Shown: positions 1 to 13,086 of the stretch, in pieces
Numbering within the stretch: the stretch's first letter is position 1
How the letters are laid out: the number at the start of each line of letters is the position of its first letter
Source: Lama glama
Lineage: Eukaryota
Length of the DNA stretch: 64,000 nt
Assembly: GCA_028534125.1 (NCBI GenBank)
Contig: CM052816.1
Location: 68,698,001-68,762,000, forward strand
Reading direction: 5' to 3'
Program-made: the position numbers and the translations under genes
Notes under the pieces: generated by a model
What the model was told of the DNA's origin: nothing
What the model saw: only the letters and a program-made list of their open reading frames with translations
Database searches by the model: none

Positions 1-554
1 GACTACAAGCCAGTGACCAGAATGTAGGTGTTTCTAAAAGCTGAGGGTGCACTGTTTGAACTCTTGCCCTTCGAGTGCCACCTCTGTGAATCACACCCAC
101 ATATACAGTGCTCTTGACCTCTGACCCCTCCCATAAGGCTCCAGGCTCTTCACCTTCTCCCCTTCTACTTTACACAAACTCATCTTCTTGAGGTACAGCT
201 TTTACCAAGTCCTTTCTTGCTCAAGAGCCAGTGTTGATTTTTCATTTTCTATTGAAGCATATCCAAATTATTTACCTAGAATGGAAAATCCTCATACTGT
301 AGTTTTTCTTTGCCCATTCATATTTCTCTTATTCCTCATTTCCTTCTACTGTACTATAGTTGGATCATCCTGTTGTTTTTGTTTTTTAAATTGGCTGGTA
401 ACAGACTGAACCAGTTATCAATCTTTAATTCATTTCTAATTGTTTCCCATTGCAGTTGTTTTGAATGATTTTTCTCCTATATTAGAACCATCAGTTATCT
501 CCTGCTCTCCTCATTTTTTAGTAAATGGTATCATTTCCCACCTCATTTAGAAGA

Positions 555-1075
555 CTTTAGAGTCAGATAAGTGCATGTTTGAAACCTGGATGTATCACTT
601 ACTACCAAGGCTGATAGGCAGTATACACCTGAGTCTTCCTTTCCCCTGCCCACAACCCTCGTGTGGACTTTCCCCAAGATCCCACAGCCAAAAGGTTGAA
701 GCAGAACCCAGCTTCTCTAGCACCAGCTGGCATCTGTTCTGAGTGGCCTGTGCTGATGCAGTGCTAGTTGTTAAATATTTTTAATTTCACCCTTTTTATA
801 TGTATGACTTAAGTTACTTACCCTCTCTGAGTCATCCTCTCATCTTTAAAATGGGGATAATAATACTAAGATGACTCCTTGTTCATTCATCAAATATTTG
901 TTGAGGACCTGCCTTGTTCTAAGCATTGACTTAGGTGGTTGGAATATATCAGAGAACGAAAAAAATATTTGTGCCTTCTTAGAGCTTGTGTTCTAGTTTT
1001 GTGAGGATTAAATGAAAATTATTGTTAAATGTTCTGTATGGTGCCAGACACACAGAGGTGCTCAAACTGTTTTAG
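555..1075. mobile_element. Fragmented MIR interrupted by a probable hAT DNA-transposon piece and an L2 3' fragment
   Basis: MIR core (aagttacttaccctctctgag...aaaatggggataataata...gtgaggattaaatga) and an antisense L2 tail (ttcattcatcaaatatttgttgag). Confidence 0.55.
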
Positions 1076-4069
1076 CCTTCTTTCTTCACTTTTTCCACAG
1101 TTTCCATCAGGGCCAAATGGCCAAGGGGAATGTGGGAGGGAAAAAGGGTGAAGCCAATCGATACTAATAATTGAATGTTGCCTCCCTAGAGCATAACCTA
1201 CCTAGACCTGACTACATTGCATGGTAATACAAATCAGATAGGAAGGTTTTTGTTTATTTGTTTTTTAATGCTCTTGGTGAGTTGATGGTCTTGGTCATCT
1301 GTATATGTTTACACTTCCTCTCATCTCCCATGGATTCAGTTCCGTCCATTCATCCTCATTCTCAAGTCCTCCTATCTTACCACCTGCATTTTACCACAGC
1401 AGCTCACTATCACATCTTTTGCACTATAAAGACCAAAAAAACTGTTATCCTTCTTTTGCCCTATTTGCCTTCAAGGTATAGACCAAGTTCTCCCCTTCCT
1501 TCCTTTTTATCAGAAGGCATTTAAACATTTTCTACCCACTTACTCTCATTTCCTGATTCTTTTCAGTGTTTGTGTTCTCACTCAGAATACTTCAGTCTTT
1601 CTCTCAGGGTTCATCAGTGACCTCTTGCCTGTTCTTTTTCTACTCAGCTTCTTTGAAGTGGGTATCTGTTATTAGAACCTCTGAACCCAGAGGGCTCATG
1701 GCCTCATTGACCAAGGTTTGAATCCTAATTCTGCAACCTAAGTTGCCTTGGGCAGTTTTCTTCATCTTGAGAATGATGTAATAATATTTACCTTTTAAAG
1801 GTGTTGAAGGGCACCTAGCATACTGTCAGGATATGTGGTGGGAGTTAAATAAAAACTACTAGTAACATTTTTGAAAAGTGCCCCCTCATTTTCCCTGACA
1901 CTTCTTTCATGTTCTGCATCCTAGTTACCTGGTATTTAATTCTTTATTAGTTGGCTATATTGACTTTCTGTTATCTTTCTAAGATTATGGCTATTGCCAC
2001 TTCCTCTAAATGATCTTTTAATAAAATCTCATGGCTTCAGCTATCCCTTTTATAATTGCAATTTCAGATATTCATCTTTACTCTGCATTCTCTTTTAAGT
2101 GCCAGATATGGAAGTCTAGCTGTGTGCCAAATGTTCAGGGATAAGAATCAGGAAGGAGTCTCTGCATTTGAACTGTAGAGGAAACTATCTTACCTGGCAA
2201 ATTTATTAATTTCGCTTGTTGGTAAAATTTTGAATGACTTTCTTTACTTTTGGACATCTAGTGATCCTTTATAAAGGAAGAGAAGGAAACCCTTTCTGTT
2301 CAGAAATAATACACAACTCCTGTCAATTAGTAGGAAGATTTCTCATGTGATTCTGGAAAGAATTTGTAACACCTGTTTCCAAAGAAAGCAAGAAAAATAT
2401 TGCATGTTTTCCTCCCCAAAATGTATTTTGTTCAAACTGAATTGGACACCAAATAAAGAACATTCCTTAAATTTGGAATGAATAGAACTTTCTAAAAACT
2501 GCTCAGGTAACACAAAGTAGTAAAGAGCCAAAAAAATTTTATTTACTTTTAACCTTAGACTGCTAAAAGGAGAAAATGAAAGGGTTTGTAGAAGCAAATT
2601 TCACAAAAGTAACTGTAGACTTACTTATTAGACCCAAATATACATGTAGAGAAATGAACAAACATGGTTACATTTATATATGCTTGATTGTTTTTTTTTT
2701 TTTTGGAAGGGAGAATGTTTCTTACATATGGGTTTTATCCATTACCTTTTCGGTAAAACATCAGCTCCTAGAAGCAATTCCCTCACTGTTTATTTTTCTT
2801 GTAATTTTTGCTGAGGTTTCTGACTTCTCTTCCATAGGTTGCAGCAAAGTGTACTTTCACATTAGGCTGGTTTAATCAACCCAAGTATGGTAGATTAAGA
2901 CGTTTTCTAGGTCACACAAAGCAACTGCCCCTTCACCCCAATCTAACAAACAGAAGAAAATCAGCTGTCTGTGTACAGACCAGCTTAGGGTCGTAGAATT
3001 ATGGACTGAAAAGAGACCTAAAGATAATGTCATTCCTCTTTCTCATTTGTGGATAAGGAAACTGAGACCCTGGCGGTTAGTCTCCTTTCCTAAAAGAGAG
3101 GTGGTATGTTGTGAAAAGAAGAGGAACTTTTTGTTAAAGTCTTGGCTTCCATCCTTACCAGTTGTGTAACATGGTTATCTGCCCTAGTACACCCCCAAGA
3201 GCCATGTACTCTTGGGTGAGTTGCTTAACATCTGTGAGTTTCTAATAAAATTTAGCCCAGAGATATAGTTAGTACCTTTTAAAATTTTTAATAATTTGCT
3301 GTATTTGTGTTTTTCTTTTTTTTCTTAAACTTTAGCAAGACTGATTATTTCATTAAACTATAAAAACTCATGTGGTTTTATTGATGTGATTTTTCCTTTG
3401 TTTTCTATTTCATTAATTTCTGTCCTGTATTCATTCCATTTACTTTCTTGAACTTTACAAAAGTAAGTTGTTGTGTTGAATGTTTGTTTCATAAATTTCT
3501 AATATATAAACTTAAGGCTCTTCATTTTCATGTGTAGTATTTTAACTGTATACTTTAAATTTTTGTTTGTCATATTTCCATTCATATCCAATGATTTTGT
3601 GATTTACATTTTGACTCTTCTATGACTTAGTGACTTTTAAGTTTTCAAATATGCAGATTTTGGGGGATTTTCTTTTCTTTCCCCTTCATAGAATTGTTAA
3701 GAGATAGAATATAGGCAAATACCTGGCAAACAGTAAGTATTCAACAATGTTTTTACTTCTCTTTAAAGACATAAACTTTGACTTTTGAAATTAAAACAGG
3801 AAACGACATTGTAAAAAGCACAAATAATACTACAAGTCACTTTATTTCTGTAATATAGCCAAATAAGGAGGTGAAGTATAAAGGGCAAAGAGGGATGATG
3901 GGAAAGGGGTGAAACTGGGAGGAGGTGAAGGAGGAAGGAGAATTAAAGGAGGATGTAGGACTATCAAGTTGAATTAATCTAGCTTCTTTGAGGTAGTAGT
4001 CTACTGATCACTTAGGTCTGTGGGATTTGGGATTTGAATCATTTTTACTATATTTCTTATGCCTTTATA

Positions 4070-4225
4070 ATAGAAGTATCCATAGATGACCTTTTTTTGA
4101 GTGTATATATGTGCAAGTTCTGAAACTATATGGCAAATATTCATAATGTTTTTGAGGAGAGGGTCCATAGTTTCATTAGAATCTTAAAGGAGTCTGTGAA
4201 CCCCGAGAAGTTAAGAACTGCTTCT
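4070..4225. mobile_element. hAT-Charlie family MER fragment
   Basis: gagagggtccatagtttcattagaatcttaaaggagtctgtgaaccc...gttaagaactgc resembles a Charlie terminus. Confidence 0.55.
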
Positions 4226-5084
4226 TTAGAGACTTCATCATGTGGGATAACTTGAGAAGCTTACCAGGAAAGAATTCTGTTTTTTCCTGTTACAGTAATG
4301 ACTACTACCCACTTAAGAGAGATTGAGTGTTCCTTACGATTCCTCGGGTTAGAAGCAGATGACGAGGCAATGTACTAAGAATGGAATTTAGCTTTTACTG
4401 AAGTAAAACTTAAAACTACATGATACTTTATAAGCATAGATATTGTGCTACTTGTAATGAATGACAACACCTTAAATGCCTTTGATTATTATTTTTTGAA
4501 GGAATGAGTGAATTAATTAATTAAATTGAAGTATATTCAGTTATACCTAAGCCAAGTGTTCTTGGCTTCCACTCAAGGAAGGAATAATTCTGGGAGTAAG
4601 AGGAAGCAGTTGGTTGCTGCTATGAAGATATGGGGTACTGTAAAGGTGAGCTATGGGCAGACATAGGCAAGAAGACACTCTGCTGGGTTAGAGATTAAGA
4701 AACGTATCCAAGGACAGAAGAGTGGGAGGATCTGAGGTTGGTGGAGGGGTTGGACAGTACCTCAGACACACTTGACCAGCCACTTTATTTCCCCTTGTAG
4801 GAAGGCTAGTTGCCGGGAGAGAGAAGCCAGCTCAGGATTCTAAAATTTGAGGGATGAAGCAGGGATAGGTTCTTTAAAAGAAGCAAGTCAAAAGTATTCA
4901 TGTGGGGGAATTTTATTCTGAGCACTGGCTCACAGTAAAATCTATGTAAAGTCTATGTTTATTCAAGTACTTCATAATTATTTCCTCTGAAGTTAGAGAC
5001 TCAAAATTAGTTTTGCTGAGTATTAAGTGTTAATAAAATTTGATGGCTCTCAACCTTAGTTTATTTTTAACCCCCTAAATCTGC

Positions 5085-5277
5085 ATGACCCGTCATGAAA
5101 ACCTCCAGTTATATGTAGCTATTTCAGATGAAATTAATTAAAGTGAAAAAGTCCTTCATTCTCACCAGCCATGTATCAAGTGCTCATTAGCCTTGTGTGG
5201 CTAGTGGCTCCTGTATTGGACAGCACATTGTATTGGACATTTTTGTCATCACAGAAAATTTTATTGGACACTGCCCT
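5085..5277. mobile_element. MER3-like hAT-Charlie element
   Basis: caagtgctcattagccttgtgtggctagtggctcctgtattggacagcac...ttttattggacactgcc. Confidence 0.7.
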
Positions 5278-8039
5278 AAGTGAAATTGTTTATTTTCTTT
5301 CCGCTTTCCTCCATCAGACTAACGCTGGTTTATATTAATATGTAATGAGTTTTTTAAAATAAAAAACTTGAAAGACTCACTAGAGTAATATTCCTTTGCT
5401 TATTACATAATTAAAAAAACAGATACACTTTTAGAATGATCTGCCTGAGTGCCATTATTTTATAAGATTTTTCAAGAAGTGGTGACTAAAATAAATGTAT
5501 TCTTTATGGTTTGTATTCAACTACCTCTACTAAACTGATGACCCTCTTGATTATTTCTACTGCCTGTAAGAGAAGCATGTTCTTGAAAGGCCTAACATGT
5601 TATAACAAAGTTTCTAAAGTGAGAAAATTACCTTTGTCTTGTACATTTTTAGGAGATACTAGACTTACTATGATTTATCTACTTCGTATGCGATAGATCA
5701 TCATAGCCCTCAAAAGTTGCAAGAGAGGAAAACCTCCAAAGTAATTATTTCACTATAATCCTGTTTCTCTGAGAACCTTTCAATCAGTCATGAAAGCTAA
5801 GGGACTATTTGTCACTTTTTTGTTGTTTTAAGAGAATAGAAAAATGGGCTTTTTCCTTTGCCCTGATTTTAGACAATCTCTTTGACATAGATAGGACTTT
5901 TTCAGTAAAGTTGCATGTACAACTTCATTTTAGGAAACAAAATGAAAAAGTTTTCATTGTGATAAAGTGTTGTTTAAAATTCAAAATTAATGATTGGGAT
6001 CTTTTGTTTTATTATGAAATATTCAAACATGGGAGTATTTACAGTAAAAACTGAGTTTTCTACCTGATTTGTATTAATACTGTCTGGAAATGGCTACTAA
6101 AAAGTTGGTTATATATTCTTCTAGGCTTTCCAATGTATATTTAGACATAAGTAATTTGTTTTACATAAATTAAATTATATTAAATATAATGTTTTTACAG
6201 ATTAATTTGCCTAGTAAGCAATATATACATGTACATATTTCTGTGTATATGATCCATACTCATACTACTGATTAGGTTTAAATTACTTCCAGATTTTATG
6301 GTAGGACATCTAAAGCATAAGTATATTTTATATAAAGATAATATACAGTTGTAGCGTAGTGCAGCTGCTTTAGCATAATAGTGACCTATAATATGTGCTC
6401 AATACATGTTAGTTTCCATTCTTCTTGGACATATATGAGAAAGGCCATGGAAGGTGATTAACTGTTTTTTTCCCCCCCTACTATAACACAAACCTTTCTC
6501 TTAATCATATTTGTGTTTTGTGATTCAGGTTTATAAATTGCTACAAGACTACTTTAAGAGTCTTGTAAGCTATGCTGCCCCAATTATTTTAGGTGCTTCT
6601 GGCAAAAGCAAGTATTTTTTACTAGTGAGTAAGAGACCACATTGTGATTTATCCTTTTTACTGAGAGTGCGCAGTATAGTGTGACTGTAAAGTACAGTAT
6701 GTGAAACGTTTTACATGGGAATCTTGGAACAAAGTCCTTTGCTAAATTTGAAGATGTATAGAATGGATACTGAGATTGGAAATTCAACACTTCTCCTATG
6801 GAGCAGGATATGTAATTGTGTGCTTTGTGATAAGATTTCAAATCTGATTGTTTCTAGAAGTTCTAGAGAAGAGATTAGGAAAAGATGGATCTACAGCTGA
6901 TAATTACTTATAAAATCCTGTTGTAAAGTATTATTGCTTCATATTCTTCATCATTTCATTTGGAAATCTGATCCTTCTGCTTTCCTGCAGGGAATTTGTG
7001 GACCTCTGTTTTGGGTGGATCAGTAAAGAGGATTGAATTGGGGCCCCGACTTCTTTTTTCATTGAGGAAAGAATAAGGGGTGCTGCTGAGAGAAGTGCTT
7101 CTGCAATAGCCATGTCTGAAGCTTTGCTTGGAGGTAATGCTGGACTGTACAAAAATTGCCTTCAAGATTACAGGAGTTTGTGACTTATGGATTATGTTTC
7201 CCAGTGGAAAACAAGCTTGGAAAATAATTGTTAGGATACAGAATTGGAAGTGCTTCCCTAGCATGTCCTTGGACGTAACGACTGTTAATAAGTTTTGTTT
7301 GTTTGTTTGTTCTTTTCTTGGCTTATTTGTTTTAACTTGGGTCTTGTGGAGAGAAAAATAACTTAAAACTTTTTAGGACCTAAGTTTATGGTTATACAAA
7401 ATTATTGTTTATGTGCCTCAGAGGCTTTTGCTTGCTTGTTTATTCATTAGTCATTTATTCATTCAACATATATTCCTTGAAGTGTTTACTGTAAGCAGGA
7501 TTATGGAGGGAAGCCTATCAGATAATAATCTACTCAGGGAAAAGGAAAACTGGAAAATGTATTTTGCAGGGATACCAAAGGCTGAAGATAGGGGTGTGTG
7601 TGTGTGTATTTAGGAGAGAGAGAGACATACATCCATACATACATATACAGAGACATGGTCCATAGTTTTAAGTTCTAAAGGAAACATCTAAACAGTCTTA
7701 GAGCTCTCTCCTTTTCCTGTTTCTTTCTTTCTTTCTTTGTTTCATGCCCTCAACATCTCTCATATACACTAGTATTTCTTGCCTCTGTACTTAACCCTCT
7801 GTTCTAACTTTACACTGCTTTTTCCTTTATACAGTTCTTCTGAGAGTCTTTTGCCCCATTAAAGCACAGATTGGGTTGTGTGTCTTTTGTTACCCACAGA
7901 ATAAAGTTAAAACTTCTTAATATATAATCTCTATATAGATTCTGTAGATAGTTTCTTTATTAAACCTCCCCTGAGTTATCCATTTTTACTTACTGTCTGT
8001 TCTTTGTTGAGACCCTGACTGGTCTTACCTTCTGCCTCC

Positions 8040-8402
8040 TGGTTCTGGATAGCTTGTTTCCCTGTGGAGACCTGTTCTCATCATTGTCTACCTTACCCTC
8101 AGTATTAGGAGGCTCACTTTGCCCTTTGGCTTCTAGATGGATTTGAACAATGGGCAGGAGGAGGGTGGGGTTGCTGTGTTTAGTCTCCTGGCTTCCTCTT
8201 TCCAAATCCTGTCATGTAGGCTCTCCCAGAAGTCATAGCTCTTTGAACCTTTTAGGCCTAGGAGTAGTCATAGCTTCAGGAGGTTGTACTGTCTCTTGAC
8301 TCTGCCCACACCTTCTATATCATGTAAATAGCCCCTTTTAAAGCTCTTCTTAAGTTCCCCAGTTTGAGGGTGCTGTTTCCTGCTGGGATCTTGACTGCTA
8401 CA
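8040..8402 (+). mobile_element. LTR33-like ERVL solo LTR
   Basis: Ends tttgagggtgctgtttcctgctgggatcttgactgctaca and contains tctgcccacacctt...gtaaatagcccc. Confidence 0.65.
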
Positions 8403-9388
8403 TTGTCCAAGTCCTCTAAGCTCAGTCCTGCTTGCAGTTACAGCTGTGTTATTTTCCTGTAGCAGGTATCTCTCTCTTCTGTTAAAACTTTTTTGATGAG
8501 GTCTTTTTTTTATTCCTTCCTTCTTTTAGTCTTTTTTTTTTTTCCTTTTTCCTTTCCTGGCACCATGGTTGCCATGTAATAGGAATTGAAATGTCTGAGT
8601 GAATAAGGAGAGGAGATTTTCAAGAGGATGGACATTTGAATTTTCCTATAGTATAGCATAATCTTTATTTAGATGTCTGAAATTGAGGAAATAGGGGAAG
8701 CTAGTGGGTACTGAAGTCAGTATAGTCACTTAAATAACATCTAAATTTATATTTCATTCTTTTCAAAATGTAAACTTAGAACTTGTTTTCCTTTACACTT
8801 GCTTTTATGTATTAGAAATTAACATTGACTCTCTTTAAAATGCATTATAGATATATTCCATTGGAATCAACTGTAACAGCCTGTCTTTAAGGAAGTATGT
8901 ACTATATACAAAATGGGAGATAATTCAATTATTACTTAATTGGGGAAAAATATAGGAAATGTTTATTATATATATCTCCAGATATTTATCTATCTTCCTC
9001 AATATATCTTAGAAGAATTGCACTAAGAGCAGACCTGTAGTAGCTAACAAATGTGTTTATTAGCAAGATTGAACTTTTAAAAAATGATTTCTCTTAAGAA
9101 GGAAATTTCAATTAAGAGAAAAATATCCTGGAATTATGATAAGGGTTAAATATATATGTATCCTTCATATATTAAGGAATGAATGAATATACCTGTCCTG
9201 TGAAAAGGTTTATTTTGAGAAGAATCTTCCTATAACATTAACTTTGACTCAGAACTCTCTCTTACTACTAAAAAATTACCACTGAAAATACTTTCTGTAA
9301 TAGATTGAGATTATTTCATTGCTTTTTACAGTAGAAGTGTCTGTTTACTCTAGGGGGATGGCTATGCCTCTGTGTGTTTGTATATGTA

Positions 9389-9778
9389 TGTCTTAGTCTG
9401 CTTGGGCTGCCATAACTAAATACCATAGACTAGGTGGCTTAAACAACAGAACTTTATTTTCTTAGAGTTCTGGAGGCTGGTATTCTGACATTAGGGGGCA
9501 AGGATGTTCAGGTTTTAGTGAGGGCTCACTTCTTGGCTTGCAGATGGCCACCTTCTTGCTGTATCCTCACATGGCCGTTCCTTGGTTGCATGCATGAGGA
9601 AAGAGATCTCTCTTCCTCTTTTTATAAGGCCGCCAATCTTATTGGATTAGGACCCTACCTTTATGACCTCATTTAGCTTAGTTACCTCCAAAAAGTCCTA
9701 TCTCCAATTATAGTAAAATTGGGGGGTTAGAACTTCAACATAAGAGTTTGGGAGGGGGACACAATTCAGCCCCAAAGG
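9389..9778 (-). mobile_element. MLT1A/B-like MaLR solo LTR
   Basis: tgtcttagtctgcttgggctgccataac...ggtggcttaaacaacaga...ggggacacaattcagccc; ~390 bp. Confidence 0.85.
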
Positions 9779-11409
9779 GTACGTGTGTGTATATGTATGC
9801 ATGTGTATATATAAATCGTGAGCAGTAGAGGAAATCATTGTGATGTATTTAACTTGAAGAAAGAGATTCATGCTTAGACAGTGACACCCCAATATTGAAG
9901 CTCATCATTGAAGTTTCTTCATAATGATATTGTGGAGGTAGTGAAATATACTTTCTCACAGAGTATATATGACACTCTTTTTCCTCAGACCTCATTGTCT
10001 TTACTCAGTTCTCACTCTCCTTGATGTCTTAGCTTTTATGTCCTACATTTATCTAGATATAGATGTGATACTTTAAGCTACTTTCATTGGCTTTTGTATA
10101 ACAACATTGTCTTACTTCTTCATTGTTCATTCTTGTGTTTAAAGAATGGCCAGCATGTTCTGCTGAATGAGACAGACAGCCCCTGTGCTCTAGAGCATGT
10201 AATCATCCTTTTTACCCCTCTCTCTTGAAGTCTCTTTTCATGATTTCACTATGGATGTTAGTCCTTACCTAATTATTTTATCTTGCTTAGTCTTGACTTT
10301 AGGCCTTCTCTGAAAACTGCTTCATTCTCCTGACTTAAGTTACAACCTCTAATGCCAACAACTTACATGTCTCTACTTCTAATATTTATCCTGAATTATA
10401 TTCCTTTAGCCATTCAGTGAATTTTTATTGAGAGCCAGCTGTGTATCTGGTCTAAAGGATACAGGAATGAAAAAAGCAATTTAAAATACAGTGTGATGGA
10501 TGTGTGCCCAAGGTGCCTTGGGACAGATAAGTAGGGAGTGCCTGGCTTGGACTTGAATGGGAAACAAGAGGGCATGCATCCCCAACAGAAGGCTGAACAT
10601 ATATGTAGCTACCTATGGTTTTGAAAACATAGTATATTCAGGCAACAGCAAATAGTTCAGTGTAATTGGAGCCCTAAGGTCTGCATAGGGAAGAGTGAAA
10701 GATGAGGCTGAGCATTTAAGAAGGTGCCAGATCACCCCAAATGCAGTATTCTTAACTCTAAACTAATTTTCTTCCACATAAACCAGCTCCTCATCCCAAC
10801 TTAACATTTTTATCAGTGAGACCATCATTCTCCCTACTCCAAAGCCCTCAAGTGTCATCTTTAGGCCTGCCTCAGCAATTGTGATCAGTCATCAAGTTGA
10901 GTCATTTCTGTATTCAAAACACTCTTTCATGTATCCTTTTCTATTTTCACCATCAACACACTACTTATCACTTAATTACTGGATTATTTCAAAGCTGTAT
11001 TAAGTGTCCCCCTTTGTAATTTTTTTAAAAGTTAATTTTTAAAACCACTTATTTTACCCTGTCAGTAACATTGAGCAGAAGAGAACAGTGATATTTTATT
11101 TCCTTTCTTAGGCCAGTATTCGTAATTCTTTTAGTTAAACACAAATTCCCAAAGCTCTCTTTCTATTATTAAAAAAAATCACATAATCTCACACAATCAC
11201 AGAATTAAGAGTAATTGCAGTAAAGAAGATTTTGTTTCACTAATGTTGAGTTTTTATTATGAACATAACATGTATTTTATACTGAACAAACTTTTTCAGA
11301 GGACACCCTCCCCATCCAAATCATCTTCCTTATCACAATTCCAACCTGTTAATTTAGCCAATCACTTGCGTCTATGGAAAGCTCCATATATATATATATA
11401 TACTGACAG

Positions 11410-11605
11410 TAGGAGCAGATAGCCTGTGTTGTAATCCTGGTTCCATTACTTACTAATTCCAGCAAGGTTCTGCATTTCCCTAAACCACATAATAATTTTA
11501 TGTGAAAAAAGGGGGAAGTGTCTACTTCACAGGGTTGAAGTAAGGATTGCATTAATCTGTGTAGCCTGGTGCCCAGCATGTGTGAGCACGCAGTACCTGT
11601 TGGCT
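11410..11605 (+). mobile_element. MIR SINE
   Basis: aatcctggttccattacttacta...tctacttcacagggttg...gcctggtgcccagcatg. Confidence 0.6.
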
Positions 11606-12931
11606 ATAAAATGTTCTGTACCATGAAAAGTCTTTGCTCATTCTCTCTATGCTCTTGTTTGGACCTCATGCTGCCCTTGCATCCCTCTCCCACTAAATGC
11701 TTTCTTTGAACCCTTCCCTACTGCCTATGATTGACCTGCTGTTTCAAGTTGAGCTTAGTTGCCTTTTCTTTAATTGTCTTTTCTAACTACTTTAGTTCAC
11801 GTTGACCTCTGAATTCCTGTAGGACTTTTTCTATCATTTTAGAAATTAATCACATTTTCTCTCTTTTATGGTATTCCTTTTAAAATTTACATACAGTAAA
11901 ATTTACCTTTTTTTGTTTTTATACATTCTATGAGTTTTGACAAATGCTTAGAGTTGTGGAATTACCATCACAATCAAGATAAAGAACAATTTCATCACCC
12001 CTCACAAATCTAAGTATTACTTTTAAAACTATTTCTGGAGTATGCATTCTGTTTCTTCATGTACAGTTTAGGCTCTTGAGCCGAGTGTCTGTTTTACACT
12101 AATTGTCTCCTCTGGGTATGGCATAGCCTAGTTTCAAGCATCTAGTAAGTAGATGCTTGACTGAAATCCAGTAATGTATAAAATGAAGCCTGAAGGTGTG
12201 GTAAATTTGAACATACTAAAAAGCTACTTATTTAAGTTACTTTTCCTTGGTCTTTCATTTTACTTGAGTAAGCAATTTCAGAAGGACAATATTCCTGTAC
12301 AACTTGTTAAAGTACTTCTGGAGCCTTTCCTGGGCTAATGAAAACCACTTTTAGTTTATCTTTGAAAAACAAAGGACTTGTTTCTGTTTTAATTGTCAGG
12401 TATACTTAAGGTTTCTATTTTTTCTAGCCCTATTAATTTAAATTTTAATATGAAACAAAATTTTTTTATCTTTCCCCTCCTTGACTACATTTGGCTATTC
12501 CGGTGTTTTATTGATTATTAAATGTATTTACTGAGTTTTGCTTTTTTTCTTAAACATAATTTGTTATATTGAGCAATCAATTAAAAATGATTTAGTTGCA
12601 AAATGTAAAATATAAAACCTTCCTGTTTTCTCACCTTTATCTTTTCATGGACCAATTTTGCTCTCTTCCTGGGGTTTCTTTTATTGATTGTCTCTAAAAT
12701 CAGAGGTCAACGCAAGTAAGAGAATTTAAACTTGATAGAGTTGGGGCTGATATGGACAAGCTAATGCTGCATGGTTTCCTCAGTCTTTACTCTTGGATAT
12801 TATTATGGAGTGTAATCCTTTTTCAAAAAGGACAAAATATGGTTAAGATTTATATCCCATTCAGTAGACCTTACTTCCTAATGAAGTGAATTGAATTTAA
12901 CCATTTGTGTCTTTTTTCCCTTCCCTAACAG

Positions 12932-13086
12932 CTTCCATGCCTATGGCTGTTCTAAATTTGGGCCAAATATATCCATTTCAGAGAGGCTTTTTCTGTACAG
13001 ACAACAGCATCCAGTATCCGTACCATGACAGTACCGTCACATCCACTGTCCTCACCATAGTGGGGCTTGGTTTACCCATTTCCTCT
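12932..13086 (+). CDS. PLPP1: PLPP1 alternative exon 2a (155 nt, phase 1 to phase 0)
   Basis: Acceptor ttccctaacag|CTTCC, donor TCT|gtaagt. Encodes (A)SMPMAVLNLGQIYPFQRGFFCTDNSIQYPYHDSTVTSTVLTIVGLGLPISS, containing the PAP2-family PFQRGFFCxDxSIxYPY motif; matches the alternative LPP1 N-terminal segment as recalled. Confidence 0.95.

Noticed and set aside
6542..6567. 9-bp inverted repeat tacaagact/agtcttgta (similar short ones at ~51319 and ~53903)
   Set aside because: Short AT-rich stems are expected by chance in 64 kb and lack functional context.
10147..10161. Androgen/glucocorticoid response element-like TGGCCAgcaTGTTCT
   Set aside because: One half-site is degenerate; such matches are common by chance.
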